In this document: in pieces, positions 1 through 10,089 of the stretch
Layout of the letters: each line of letters begins with the position of its first letter
Numbering within the stretch: position 1 is the stretch's first letter
Source: an uncultured Candidatus Saccharimonadales bacterium
GTDB taxonomy: Bacteria > Patescibacteriota > Saccharimonadia > UBA4664
Assembly: GCA_964467655.1 (NCBI GenBank)
Contig: CAYXSN010000008.1
Location: 78-64,077, forward strand
Length of the DNA: 64,000 nt
Direction of reading: 5' to 3'
The notes under the pieces: model-generated
Databases searched by the model: none
Seen by the model: the letters and a program-made list of their open reading frames with translations, nothing else
What the model was told of the DNA's origin: nothing
Made by a program: the position numbers and the translations under genes

Positions 1-24
1 ACCTATATCTGGTATAATCGCCTC

Positions 25-765
25 ATGTCTGGACACTCAAAATGGGCTTCCATTAAGCACCAAAAAGGAATCAAAGACGCCCGCCGCGGCGCCAGTTTTA
101 CGAAGTTTGCCAACCTCATATCGGTGGCCGCCCGGGGTGGCGCCGATCCGGGCATGAACTTCAAGCTCAGATTGGCCATGGACGCTGCCAAAAAGGCCGG
201 TGTCCCCAACGCCAACATCGACAGGGCTATCAGGCGCGGGTCTGGCCAGGACGACGGCGGCACCTTCGAAGAAATCACCTATGAGGGCTATGGTCCCGCC
301 GGCGTGGCAGTCATCGTTGAAACCGCCACCGATAACCGCAACCGCACCGGTCCCGAAGTCCGCTCAGCCTTCACTAAGCACGGTGGCTCCTTGGGCACCA
401 CCGGCTCAGTGGCCTTCCAGTTCACTCAACGCGGTGTTATCGTCATTGCCGCCGACGACCTTGAAGCCGCCACCATGGCCGCCATCGAGGCTGGCGCCGA
501 AGATGTAGAAGAGGGTGAGGGCGAGTTAGTCGTTTATACGGCCGCCGTCGAGCTTGATGCTGTCCGCAAGGGGTTGGTCGCTGCGGGCTACACCGTTGCC
601 AAAGCCGAGCTGTCATTTGAACCCAACACCACAGTGCCGGTGACCGATGAAGCCACCGCCGGCAAACTCATGAGGCTCATGGATTCTCTCGATGAACTCG
701 ATGATGTTACGGCCACCTACGCCAATTTCGACATTGCACCCGACCTGCTCGAAAAACTTGGCTAA
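25..765 (+). CDS. yebC: YebC/PmpR family DNA-binding transcriptional regulator
   Basis: N-terminus MSGHSKWASIKHQKG and overall 246 aa match the YebC family; classic neighbour of the ruvCAB genes. Confidence 0.9.
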   Translation: MSGHSKWASIKHQKGIKDARRGASFTKFANLISVAARGGADPGMNFKLRLAMDAAKKAGVPNANIDRAIRRGSGQDDGGTFEEITYEGYGPAGVAVIVETATDNRNRTGPEVRSAFTKHGGSLGTTGSVAFQFTQRGVIVIAADDLEAATMAAIEAGAEDVEEGEGELVVYTAAVELDAVRKGLVAAGYTVAKAELSFEPNTTVPVTDEATAGKLMRLMDSLDELDDVTATYANFDIAPDLLEKLG

Positions 766-2021
766 ACCTGGGGCTTGCGCTTGTTTTTGGTGAGCTGCTC
801 GTAAAACGCCGGTTGTGGCCGCCAGGCCGGCACAAATTTAGCCGGTCCCTTGGCTAAGGCGTGGCGTTTCACAATTCGCTCGTAGGTCGCGGCGTAACGC
901 TGGGCCATAAACTGGTATGAGAACTTCTCTTCGACGCTGCGTCGGCAGGCCGCCGGGTCGATCTCTTCAACGCGCTGCATGTAGACGGCAAATTCTTCAG
1001 GTGTATCTGCCAAAAAGCCGTTCACACCGTGCTCGATGATTTCGGGCATCGAACCTCGCCGCATAGCTACTACCGGCGTCCCGCAAACCAAAGCGTCGAT
1101 GACGGCTACGCCAAACGGCTCGTCCCAGGCAATGGGCATCAGGAAAGCTTTGGCCCGGCCGATCAGCCGGTCTTTGACCTCACCAGTAACACTTCCAACG
1201 TACTCGATTTTGCCTGGCTGCAAATAGGGGACGACTGCATCCCTGAAGTACAAGATGTCCTTCTTGAGATCTTGGTGTTGCGCGCCGCCGAGTCGAGCTT
1301 CAAGCTGCTCCGGCGTGCTGATGTTTCCGATAATGCCGCCGATCTTAAACGGTACCCCTAGCTGGGCGCACAACTTGGCCGCCAAGCCAGTATTTTTTTC
1401 AGCCGCAATCCGGCCGACTGTCACAAAGTAATCATCTTTGCCATCGGCCATCTGGTGGCCGGCGACGTCAATGCCGTGATGGATGATAGCCACAATCTTT
1501 TTGCGCAACGGCACCGGTGCCTGCTCGGCTTGGGCCCGCGAAATGGCATTAAAATACAGTCTGTCGCTATGGGACATGAGGGTATATGCCACATCGGTAT
1601 CAATATAGCCCTGGTCCCGGCGCTCGGTAGTTACAAAGGGACCATGTAGGGTATGGAGGACCGGCGGCAATTCGGGCCGGCTTACCAGGAGGGCGGGTCC
1701 CAAAATATTGTTATGGTCGTGAATAATGTCGTACCCGCCGTGGCGCTGGATTTGTTCCATGACGCTCAAAAGATGGGTGACTGGAATCGGAGTTGGGTCG
1801 TCGGTGCCGGCTGTCAGGTGGCCATATTGCTCCTCGGCATACGTCCAATAATGGCGTCTGGCCGGCGTCACGCTGCCTTCCACTCCAAAGAAATCAACCT
1901 TTACTCCCATTTCGTATAAACCCCGGCACAAATGGTCAACTACCGATTCAGTGCCGCCATAACCCTTGGCCGGCACCGTCAGCCACGGCGGTGCCACCAT
2001 GGCAATTGTCAGCTTCTTCAT
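762..2021 (-). CDS. GT4-family (group 1) glycosyltransferase
   Basis: C-terminal EPFGVAVIDALVCGTPVV...E motif typical of GT4; start moved to MKKLTIAMV inside ORF 762..2069; 4-nt overlap with yebC stop. Confidence 0.7.
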   Translation of the reverse strand: MKKLTIAMVAPPWLTVPAKGYGGTESVVDHLCRGLYEMGVKVDFFGVEGSVTPARRHYWTYAEEQYGHLTAGTDDPTPIPVTHLLSVMEQIQRHGGYDIIHDHNNILGPALLVSRPELPPVLHTLHGPFVTTERRDQGYIDTDVAYTLMSHSDRLYFNAISRAQAEQAPVPLRKKIVAIIHHGIDVAGHQMADGKDDYFVTVGRIAAEKNTGLAAKLCAQLGVPFKIGGIIGNISTPEQLEARLGGAQHQDLKKDILYFRDAVVPYLQPGKIEYVGSVTGEVKDRLIGRAKAFLMPIAWDEPFGVAVIDALVCGTPVVAMRRGSMPEIIEHGVNGFLADTPEEFAVYMQRVEEIDPAACRRSVEEKFSYQFMAQRYAATYERIVKRHALAKGPAKFVPAWRPQPAFYEQLTKNKRKPQV

Positions 2022-2076
2022 AGCTCCCTCCTCAAGATACTTGATCATTTGACCATATCTAGAGAACAAAAGCCTT

Positions 2077-2097
2077 GGTAAATTAGCTAAATTTACC
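2077..2097. promoter_or_regulatory. imperfect palindrome GGTAAATT-AGCT-AAATTTACC in the divergent promoter region between the GT4 gene and the 620-aa ORF
   Basis: direct reading of the sequence; candidate operator. Confidence 0.3.
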
Positions 2098-2173
2098 GTA
2101 GCGCTACCCCGCCACAGTTGGATACTATGTAATTTACGTTAAAAACTGTTAACAAATACTCAAGGGAGGGTGA

Positions 2174-4036
2174 ATGCCAAAATCAGGGAATATCTGGCTT
2201 GAAGGTGCGTACTATATCGACACCAACGATTATGGCGAACTACGGATTGTGGGGCCGGGCAATCACTTGTTGCTTGGAGCCACCGGTCTGGCGCACCGCC
2301 ACCTCAAAGTCCTGGGAGTAAAGGCGAAAGCCAAAGAAGTTGAGATTAGCCTCAGACTGAGACTCACTGACGGATTTATCGGAGATCCAGCCATGGGCCA
2401 TATCCGCCGAGTCCGTCAATTGACCCAGTTTGACGGCCGGAAAGAGCCATCATTTGCCGATTTAGCCCCCAGAAAGCTGGCCGACCTCAGTCCTCAGCAA
2501 ATCACCGCCGTACCCAGTGACACGGGGACTGTAGTGACGTTCCTGCGGACCTACGGGCGCTCATACTACGGAACCGTGTGGCAGTGGCCGGCCGGCGTTC
2601 ACCTGAAACGCCGACAAGCAGACCACGGCTTCCAAGTCACGAGCACCGAGTCGGTCATGACGGTGATCGTGACGACGACGACCAACGTTCATCCGTCTCG
2701 TTTCCGACGGTCGTTGTGGCGGTCAAAGCAAACCGCCGACGCCACGCCGTTGCTCGCCCAAACTGCCGCTGAAATCAGCCACTTAGTCAGTAACGGCAAA
2801 ACCAGCGGCTTCGATTATGGTACGGTCTTCCCGAGAGACTGGATCGAGACGGCCGACCTACTGGAACCCGAACTCACACCCGTTGCCTACAGCTTCTTCT
2901 ACGCCCAAGCCTTGCGGCACGTGGCCGACGACGGCGCCGGCTGGCACGAAGATATCATCGGAGAATTCAGATATGAGAGAGAGCAGGAACTCGCCAACTT
3001 GCGTAATAATCTTGGCGAATTAGTCGGCCCAGATAGCCCCCACCGACAACGGTTTGAAACAGTCATGAGAGATCTCGATGAATTGTTCGTCACGCGCCAG
3101 ATGATCGACATCGAACCCCACTACATCTTGGGCTTGCGCCATATTGACCCGGTCGACTTTGACACCGACAGCCTGCTACGGCTGCGCCGGGTCGCCCGCT
3201 ATCTGGTCGCCCAGGCCGACAACCATAACCTCATTACATTTAAACAACTTGCACAGCCGTTCCGGCGGCAAAGAGGCGATGAATACTATGATGCCGGTAA
3301 TTGGCGCGATTCCACGCAGGCCTTTAGGCAGGTTGATCCGGTTATAGCGCCATTTGATGTGAACGCCGTCTTGTATCCTCAAGCGCTGCGCCAACTCCGC
3401 CGCCATCACCAGGTACTCGGCCTCGATGCGGCTCTGCTCGACCGGCTGGTCAGCAAATGGGACCGTACCAAGGCTTGGTACCGGTTTACGAATCCAGACG
3501 GTTTGTCGGCCTACGCCCTGGCGCTCTACGGTACCAACGGCGCGACCGGCCGCCATCATGGCCAGCTCCTAAAAGTCAACCATCTCGATGAATCATACGA
3601 TTTGTTTTACGGCACTCCCTCTGAAGCCGACGTTGAAAGCTTTGCCCGGCGGGTACTGTCGCCACACTACTTTCGCACAAATTCTGGCCCCACCTTGGTG
3701 GGGCACTACGACGGTTATGATCACAGCCAGTATCATGGCGATGTCATTTGGGCCAAGCAAGCCGCCTTTACAGCTGAAGGTTTCACGAGGCAGCTAGCGT
3801 ATGGTCGCGCCAACAGCTGGGCAGACAGTACCCTCGAACTGATAGCTGCCGCCCGCACTGACGTTGCCGGCACCATGCTGGCGGCGTTTGCAGCCTTGGG
3901 CCAGTTTCCCGAAGTCCACTACGACGACCAGGGCCTGGCCCGCCTGTATACCGACCAACCTGCTCCCGAGGGCGTGATGAACCGGGTGCAGTTATGGAGC
4001 GCCGCCGCCGCCCGCCGCTTGGCCGCGAGCCAATAA
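2174..4036 (+). CDS. hypothetical protein, 620 aa (possibly a glycoside hydrolase given glycogen-gene context; no motif recognised)
   Basis: long ORF with RBS GGGAGGG 6 nt upstream of ATG; no confident family assignment. Confidence 0.5.
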   Translation: MPKSGNIWLEGAYYIDTNDYGELRIVGPGNHLLLGATGLAHRHLKVLGVKAKAKEVEISLRLRLTDGFIGDPAMGHIRRVRQLTQFDGRKEPSFADLAPRKLADLSPQQITAVPSDTGTVVTFLRTYGRSYYGTVWQWPAGVHLKRRQADHGFQVTSTESVMTVIVTTTTNVHPSRFRRSLWRSKQTADATPLLAQTAAEISHLVSNGKTSGFDYGTVFPRDWIETADLLEPELTPVAYSFFYAQALRHVADDGAGWHEDIIGEFRYEREQELANLRNNLGELVGPDSPHRQRFETVMRDLDELFVTRQMIDIEPHYILGLRHIDPVDFDTDSLLRLRRVARYLVAQADNHNLITFKQLAQPFRRQRGDEYYDAGNWRDSTQAFRQVDPVIAPFDVNAVLYPQALRQLRRHHQVLGLDAALLDRLVSKWDRTKAWYRFTNPDGLSAYALALYGTNGATGRHHGQLLKVNHLDESYDLFYGTPSEADVESFARRVLSPHYFRTNSGPTLVGHYDGYDHSQYHGDVIWAKQAAFTAEGFTRQLAYGRANSWADSTLELIAAARTDVAGTMLAAFAALGQFPEVHYDDQGLARLYTDQPAPEGVMNRVQLWSAAAARRLAASQ

Positions 4037-4346
4037 TTACTATTGCCAACCAATCAGTGCTACTGCTACATTGGGAAGGCACCGTTCATTTTGATAAACC
4101 ATAGCTTCACGCTGATAGGGCGAAACCTGGGCAGTTCAGGGCAGTACCGCTACCGTAAAGTCGGACCAAACTATCAAGCGTTCACGCGTTTCGTGCCTTC
4201 GGAAATAAGGCCAGCCGCATTGCGTTTGAAAAAACGTCTCAGGCATACTTTCCGAACAGGGAAGTTTTTGTTTTTAAGGGGGTATTACTATCAAACGCTT
4301 TGGACTTATTACTGGGCTCATCCTTATCACTGCCATTGTCGGCCTG

Positions 4347-4859
4347 GTGGTGGTGCCCCGGCCCGCCGGACTGGTAGCCCGTCCGCAAACCGTCCCTGTG
4401 GTCGGTTCTAAAACCGTAACGCCGGTTGTCGCCGGAGACGCGACGGTCGCGCCGACTCCCTTGGTCTCGGTACCGCCACAGGCTAGCGCTACGCCACCGA
4501 TGTCCGTCGCCGGTTCAGGCGGCGCCGCCCGGTCGCCCGCCGCTACCATCACAGCTGCCCCCACGCCCCAGCCGCTCGTTAACCTCCGGCTTAACAGTCC
4601 GGCCGGCCAATTTACCTACAGCATCAAAGCCACCACCGTCACCGACGCCTGCAATATTTTGACTGCCGCTCACGACCAAGGTCTGATCAAAACGGTTACC
4701 ATCGACGATTCTTATCGGGCGGTCCTAAAAAGCGCATATGTGCGCGAGATTAACGGCTATTACAACAATTGGACCTTCAAGGTTAACGGCGTTTCGCCCA
4801 AAGGTTGTTCCTTAGCATCAGTAAAAACAGGAGACACGGTCCTATGGGAATATCAATAA
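4347..4859 (+). CDS. DUF4430 (transcobalamin beta-domain-like) protein; true start probably upstream around 4284-4290
   Basis: C-terminal ...NGYYNNWTFKVNGVSPKGCSLASVKTGDTVLWEY is the DUF4430 signature; in-frame upstream codons encode a hydrophobic anchor FGLITGLILITAIVGLVVV but no ATG/GTG/TTG start, so non-canonical start or coordinate uncertainty. Confidence 0.55.
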   Translation: MVVPRPAGLVARPQTVPVVGSKTVTPVVAGDATVAPTPLVSVPPQASATPPMSVAGSGGAARSPAATITAAPTPQPLVNLRLNSPAGQFTYSIKATTVTDACNILTAAHDQGLIKTVTIDDSYRAVLKSAYVREINGYYNNWTFKVNGVSPKGCSLASVKTGDTVLWEYQ

Positions 4860-6103
4860 ATCAATTTCGGCCACTTACTCGTGGTCTGACGGTGGCCATA
4901 CTCCTGGCCTTGCCGGCCAGATCACTAGCAGCGGTGCCCGCAGCCAATCAAACTGCCGTCACCAATGGCCTGGCCTACCTCACGAGCCAGCAACAGGCCG
5001 ACGGTCAGATCTCGGGCTTTAGCGGCATCAACCCATGGGCGCTCATGGCCTATACCGCCTCAGGCCAGGCCAATACCAACCTGCGCGCCTATCTGCTAGC
5101 GCATCCGCCGACAGCCGGCGCCACGGCCACAGATTGGGAAAAGGGCATCTTAGCCCTGGTAGCCGATGGTCAAAACCCGTACAACGCCGGTGGTACTAAT
5201 TATGTCACTGGGCTCAAAAGCCTGCACACCGCCGGCCAGTTAGGCAGTGCCTCGGCCGTCAATGATGATGCCTTTGGCGTGCTGGCCCTGTACGCCGCCA
5301 AGGTGCCGGCCCCCGACCCGGCCTTTGCTGATGCCCTCGACTTTTTGCTCGACCATCAGCTAGCCAGCGGTGGATTTAGCTACAGCGCTACGGCTGCATC
5401 ACCAGACGTGGATGATACGGCAGCCGCCCTGATGGCCATTCAGGCTGCCCAAACCGCCGGCAGTACCGACTCCAGGCTAGCCGCAGCCAAAATCTCGGCC
5501 CGCGCTTACATTCTCGGTACCCAAAACGCCGATGGTGGCTTCCCCTACGACCCGCTGACGCCACCAGAATGGGGCGGTAATGCCTCAAACCTGTCGACCA
5601 CAGCCTGGGTGATCAGCGCGCTCAACTCAATTGGTGAAGGCGGCTCAAGTGCCGGCACCAATGCTCAAAACTACCTCAAAGCTGGCCAAACCGCCAACGG
5701 CTCGTTCCCATACCAATCCGGTGCCGGTGATACCTTTGACACCTCATATGTGGTGTTGGCCTTGAGCGGCGCCGGCTGGCCGGTGGCCGTCTATGATGGC
5801 CAAGTGCCCACAACTGAGCCGGCCGCCGTTACTGCGACACCTACGCCCGTACCATCAGCCTCGCCTGCGCCCTCACCGTCTGCCACTCCTCAGGCCTCAA
5901 CCACTCCCAGTCCCAGTGCCTCGCCGACCCCAACGCCACAAACCGGTTCGGTGCTGGGCGCCAGTAGCGGCGGTGCCGGCCTGGGCAACCTTCCCGGTGT
6001 TGGTATGCTTGGTAGCGCCACCGGGCTCGTCATTGCCTCCTTACTGGCTATCGGCACCTACCTTGGTATCAGCCTCTGGCGCCGCCGTCAGGCCCGTATC
6101 TAA
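4844..6103 (+). CDS. secreted alpha/alpha-toroid (prenyltransferase/squalene-cyclase-like repeat) protein with Pro/Ser/Thr-rich linker and C-terminal membrane anchor plus basic tail
   Basis: signal peptide MGISINQFRPLTRGLTVAILLALPARSLAAV; repeated GG(F/S)xY / QxxDG(G/S) motifs; PT-rich linker; C-terminal hydrophobic segment followed by WRRRQARI. Confidence 0.5.
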   Translation: MGISINQFRPLTRGLTVAILLALPARSLAAVPAANQTAVTNGLAYLTSQQQADGQISGFSGINPWALMAYTASGQANTNLRAYLLAHPPTAGATATDWEKGILALVADGQNPYNAGGTNYVTGLKSLHTAGQLGSASAVNDDAFGVLALYAAKVPAPDPAFADALDFLLDHQLASGGFSYSATAASPDVDDTAAALMAIQAAQTAGSTDSRLAAAKISARAYILGTQNADGGFPYDPLTPPEWGGNASNLSTTAWVISALNSIGEGGSSAGTNAQNYLKAGQTANGSFPYQSGAGDTFDTSYVVLALSGAGWPVAVYDGQVPTTEPAAVTATPTPVPSASPAPSPSATPQASTTPSPSASPTPTPQTGSVLGASSGGAGLGNLPGVGMLGSATGLVIASLLAIGTYLGISLWRRRQARI

Positions 6104-6112
6104 ACAAAAACG

Positions 6113-6153
6113 CCCCCGGATACTCACAGTTGAAACACTGTGAGTATCCGGGG
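6113..6153 (-). terminator. rho-independent terminator (17-bp perfect stem CCCCGGATACTCACAGT, loop, then T-run on the minus strand)
   Basis: perfect inverted repeat at 6113-6153 followed on the minus strand by TTTTT (plus-strand AAAAA 6106-6110); lies downstream of the minus-strand genes 6163..6960. Confidence 0.7.
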
Positions 6154-6162
6154 AAGGGTCAG

Positions 6163-6552
6163 CTAAAAACGGTTCTCTGACCCGAAAGTCAGTTTTGTGC
6201 CGCTGGGACCGATGAACTCAATCTTGATGGTACCCGCCCTTGAGACATCAGTTTCCGAGATCCCGGGATTACCTGTAATCCGGTACAACGAACCCTTGGG
6301 AATTACACTTGAGAATGTTGCATGGTATCCCACAATACCGATATCGGTTCTATTAGCCCTAATCACGGTACTGGCTCCTGCAAAACATTCAAGTGATACA
6401 CTTGCCTGTTCATGACCAATTGAAATGGTCGACATACAAAACCGACGGGCAACCAGAATTCGCATTAAACTGGCCATGGTTTCTGTCAGGCCATCAAGTG
6501 GCTGGAAATCTCCGCCACACCAGTCCTTCAAAAGTGGACATGCCGACCTCAT
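6163..6552 (-). CDS. hypothetical small protein, paralogue of the 6559..6960 ORF
   Basis: shares YR(V/I)TG, I(P/S)(D/E)(S/T)D and C-terminal beta-strand-like I-x-I-x-F segment with the neighbour; lies in a lower-GC (about 47%) islet. Confidence 0.45.
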   Translation of the reverse strand: MRSACPLLKDWCGGDFQPLDGLTETMASLMRILVARRFCMSTISIGHEQASVSLECFAGASTVIRANRTDIGIVGYHATFSSVIPKGSLYRITGNPGISETDVSRAGTIKIEFIGPSGTKLTFGSENRF

Positions 6553-6558
6553 TTCACC

Positions 6559-6960
6559 CTAGGCTATTCGTTTTTCTGACCGAATTGTCAAAGTGTTACC
6601 AGACTTAAAAGTAAAGATGACTACGACGTCGCCTTTTGATCGGCGTAAAAATGCACGTTCATCGCTGTCAGGAATGCTGCTCATACCTGTGACTCGGTAA
6701 GTGCCGTCAGTATTGAGAATCCATATCGAGTGAGCATTAGTAGTCGATATTACAATGGCGCCAGGAGACAAGCTCACCTTAAGACGCCTCCGGTAGAGTG
6801 AACTAACATTAAACCCGTTCCCGTGAGAAAAGTTGACATTAAGTCTCAGTTGAGATCTTTCCCGCCGCGTTAAATCTGCCAATAAATTGAAAAGAGCTTC
6901 CTCGACCCCCATGGCTTCATGGTCTCGACCGTCAAGACATAAGCCTTCATAGCGGCCCAT
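6559..6960 (-). CDS. hypothetical small protein, paralogue of the 6163..6552 ORF
   Basis: tandem paralogue; same orientation; lower GC than flanks. Confidence 0.45.
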   Translation of the reverse strand: MGRYEGLCLDGRDHEAMGVEEALFNLLADLTRRERSQLRLNVNFSHGNGFNVSSLYRRRLKVSLSPGAIVISTTNAHSIWILNTDGTYRVTGMSSIPDSDERAFLRRSKGDVVVIFTFKSGNTLTIRSEKRIA

Positions 6961-7026
6961 CAGGCCTCCTTATTCTCTGAAAGAACAATCAGGATCGGCT
7001 AGTTATGGCATTAATTGCCAAAATGA

Positions 7027-7905
7027 TCAATCTATCAGCTTACTCCGCCATTGTAAGATCAGGTTACCAATCTCAGCCTCGCTGCCTTTGAGGTTATGCA
7101 GCGAGTCCTTAATCACAGCCACCTGTCCGTTGCGGCGCGCCAAAGCACCCTCAAACCAGTCGACTAGCTCGCCAACCGGACGGTCGATGTACTCGTCGGC
7201 ACCGGCGATAAGCACGAGCACTGGCACCCTCACGGCCTGCAGTGCCGAGGGCTGCCGGTCCTCAAAAGCATAAGGAAACGTTTCCTCTGGGCCATCGCCG
7301 CTGTACAAGCTGATCCAACGCTGAGCAGATACAACCTCAGGCCAATCGGCTTCATCAAGCAATGCCATCGGTTTGCCGTTTGTCACCAGTTGCCGAGCCG
7401 CTGCCGCCGCCCGCTGGAAAATCTCGGCCTCAACTTCCTGTTTCATAGCGGCGTAATCACTCATCGGACAAAGTAAAACTGCACCCGTTACCGCCGCATC
7501 GGCCTCAGGCTGGCCCAAGGCGTACACGGCTTTCTGGCAACCGGTTGAATGGCCGACCAGCACAATGTCGGTGGCGCCCCGCTCCTTGAGGAAGCCCACG
7601 GCTCCGGCGATGTCATCGGTGCAGTCAGTAAACACTTCCCGCGCCGCGCCGCCCGCCGCCCAGGTATAGCCCTTCTTGGAATCGGCTACTTGTTGAATGC
7701 CCGTCAGAGTATCGTGGCCACGGTTATTGAAGTACAGCACCTGAGTATCGCCGTCTGCCAGCGGAGCCAATATCTTATGTCCGCTAAACGCCGAACTCTC
7801 AAGACCATGAATAAATATATAGCCACGCTTGGCACCGGCCCGACCATATACCAGGCCGTCCAAAATATAGTTGTCACGTGGGGTAATGAGTTGAATGGCT
7901 TCCAT
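7027..7905 (-). CDS. alpha/beta-fold hydrolase
   Basis: nucleophile elbow VLVGHSTGC (GxSxG); start moved to [13 protein letters not shown] inside the longer ORF; divergent from ruvC. Confidence 0.65.
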   Translation of the reverse strand: MEAIQLITPRDNYILDGLVYGRAGAKRGYIFIHGLESSAFSGHKILAPLADGDTQVLYFNNRGHDTLTGIQQVADSKKGYTWAAGGAAREVFTDCTDDIAGAVGFLKERGATDIVLVGHSTGCQKAVYALGQPEADAAVTGAVLLCPMSDYAAMKQEVEAEIFQRAAAAARQLVTNGKPMALLDEADWPEVVSAQRWISLYSGDGPEETFPYAFEDRQPSALQAVRVPVLVLIAGADEYIDRPVGELVDWFEGALARRNGQVAVIKDSLHNLKGSEAEIGNLILQWRSKLID

Positions 7906-7954
7906 ACAGTGCATCATACAGCAACCAAACGGTCTGATACACTTAATGTCAGGT

Positions 7955-8455
7955 ATGAAGATCATTGGCATTGACCCTGGCACTGCTACCACCGGCTTTG
8001 GTGTAATTGAGGCCGCCTCCGGCCGCATGAGGTTTATTGATGCCGGGGTTATTACCACCCCACCCACCGACGCCATGCCCGACCGCTTGACCACGATCTA
8101 TCGTGAGCTCACTGGGCTGGTTGCCGAACACCGCCCCCAGGCCGCCGCGGTCGAACAATTGTTCTTTGCTACTAACGTTACCACCGCCATATCAGTCGGC
8201 CAGGCTCGGGGAGTCATATTGCTGGTGCTGGCCCAGGCTGGTCTGATTGCCGCCGAATACACACCTATGCAGGTCAAGCAGGCGGTGTCGGGCTACGGCG
8301 GCGCCAAAAAGCCCCAGGTTCAGGAGATGGTCAAAAATCTATTAAAACTACCCGCAATTCCCCGACCAGACGATGCGGCCGACGCATTAGCGATTGCTAT
8401 TACCCATGCTCATACAGCTTCGTATAATATTCCGCCAGCATCCGCTCAGTCGTAA
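7955..8455 (+). CDS. ruvC: crossover junction endodeoxyribonuclease RuvC
   Basis: [19 protein letters not shown] ... [14 protein letters not shown] conserved RuvC motifs. Confidence 0.9.
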   Translation: MKIIGIDPGTATTGFGVIEAASGRMRFIDAGVITTPPTDAMPDRLTTIYRELTGLVAEHRPQAAAVEQLFFATNVTTAISVGQARGVILLVLAQAGLIAAEYTPMQVKQAVSGYGGAKKPQVQEMVKNLLKLPAIPRPDDAADALAIAITHAHTASYNIPPASAQS

Positions 8456-10052
8456 AGCCTTCTAGAACAAGTTTCATATTGGCCCTCATCCGCTCAATCC
8501 AATAGTGAGGAATCCCGTACGTCCGCCAATAGAATAGTGGCGCCACCTCTTCTGCTAAAATGTCATACAATGTCCGACCCGCCTCCTCGCCGCCAACGTC
8601 AGGTAAAAGCCAACCGATGTCCTGCAGCTTCACCTCATCCACCCAGCCGTCCGAAGTTGATAACTGCAAAGCACCATTGAGGCTGGCCTTCATCCCCGAA
8701 GTCCCACAGGCTTCGTACCCTCTGATCGGTGTATTCAGCCAGACGTCAGCACCACGTACCAGAAACTTGGCACTAAAGGGATTATAGCCTGGTAGGTAGG
8801 CCAAGCGGGCCGATAACTCCGGCAGCTTGCTGGCCGCAATTACTCGTTGCATGAGCTCCATGCCACCCATATCCGCCGGGTTGGCCTGGCCGGCTACAAT
8901 GATCTGCACTGGCTTATCGGCGGCATTCAGAATCTTGGAGAGTCGGGCAGTATCACTTACCAGGAGCTCAGGTCGCTTATAGGCAGCCATTCGGCGAGCC
9001 CAGACGACGGTTAACCAATCATTGTTGAGCTGCTTGCCCGTTTGCTGCCGCACATGCTCGATGAGCTGGCGCCGATTCTCGTTGTGGACGGCCCAAAATT
9101 TGGCGTCATCGTACTCGAGGGGGTTGCCGTCCCAGGCCTTGGTTGTCCAGCGCCATCTGAAAACGCCGTTGGTAATGGGAATAAGTACGCTTTCGGGATG
9201 TACCCTTTTCTCTTCGCCGACATGCAAGATAGACACCCCACTTTGGCGCCCGCACAAACTGACCAGTAGCTTGGTGCCCGAATAATCAGCTGGCTGCCGG
9301 CGGCCGGCCAAACCCTTGAGCTCATCCAGGTGTACGCCCGCCTCCTGTAAGGTCGGTCCTAGTAATAGCTCCACACTCTGCCAGTCCAAAAACAGTCCGG
9401 CGCCTGGCAGTATGGTGTGCTTGGTGCCGGCAAGCATTGGCTTGACGGCTGCCACGGCTGCGTCCAGGCCTGTGCCCGGGTGCTGCTGCAGGTATCCAAG
9501 AGCTACCGCTAGCCCAGCCAAAGCCGTATGGCCTTCATTGAGGTGCCAGGCTTTCGGCTCAAAACCCAGTGCTCGCACCATGGCCACGCCACCAAAGCCC
9601 AGGCAGATCTCCTGCGCCATGGCCAGCTGATGCTCACTGGCGTACAGATGGTCGCAAATCATTTGGTCTTGAGGGTCATTTTCTGGGAGCCGGCTATCGA
9701 GTAGTACCAGGCTGGTTTGACCCCATTGCTTCACCCAAGCCTGCAAGAGCACCGTCCTGTCGGCCACTTGCACTGGTACCGTCACACGTTGGCCATCGTG
9801 CACAGCCACCTCAAAACCATGAGCGCTCAGGCGTTCGTGAATCGGCCTCTGGTCAAGGTCATCGCCGCTAAAAGCTTGGTGGTACACCAGACCCATTGCC
9901 ATAAAAGGCCGGTTTTCGGCCGCTGCCTGTAGGACAATATCGGCCGCCAACACACCCAAACCACCCGCATAAATCGGCAGGTCATCGGCAATGGCGTATT
10001 CGGCCGAAAAATAAGCCACAGGAATTGATTGCTGAGTCGACATTCTGTTCAA
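8400..10052 (-). CDS. glgP: alpha-glucan (glycogen/maltodextrin) phosphorylase, GT35 short form
   Basis: PLP-binding signature [11 protein letters not shown] and N-terminal GGLGVLAAD; convergent 56-nt overlap with ruvC. Confidence 0.88.
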   Translation of the reverse strand: MNRMSTQQSIPVAYFSAEYAIADDLPIYAGGLGVLAADIVLQAAAENRPFMAMGLVYHQAFSGDDLDQRPIHERLSAHGFEVAVHDGQRVTVPVQVADRTVLLQAWVKQWGQTSLVLLDSRLPENDPQDQMICDHLYASEHQLAMAQEICLGFGGVAMVRALGFEPKAWHLNEGHTALAGLAVALGYLQQHPGTGLDAAVAAVKPMLAGTKHTILPGAGLFLDWQSVELLLGPTLQEAGVHLDELKGLAGRRQPADYSGTKLLVSLCGRQSGVSILHVGEEKRVHPESVLIPITNGVFRWRWTTKAWDGNPLEYDDAKFWAVHNENRRQLIEHVRQQTGKQLNNDWLTVVWARRMAAYKRPELLVSDTARLSKILNAADKPVQIIVAGQANPADMGGMELMQRVIAASKLPELSARLAYLPGYNPFSAKFLVRGADVWLNTPIRGYEACGTSGMKASLNGALQLSTSDGWVDEVKLQDIGWLLPDVGGEEAGRTLYDILAEEVAPLFYWRTYGIPHYWIERMRANMKLVLEGFTTERMLAEYYTKLYEHG

Positions 10053-10089
10053 ACATTAGCAGATTCAACGCCGGGACGCATCAGCTGCG

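Noticed and set aside
3-278. 91-aa minus-strand ORF overlapping yebC
   Set aside because: Antisense to a gene with unambiguous conserved motifs; a typical spurious ORF in GC-rich DNA.
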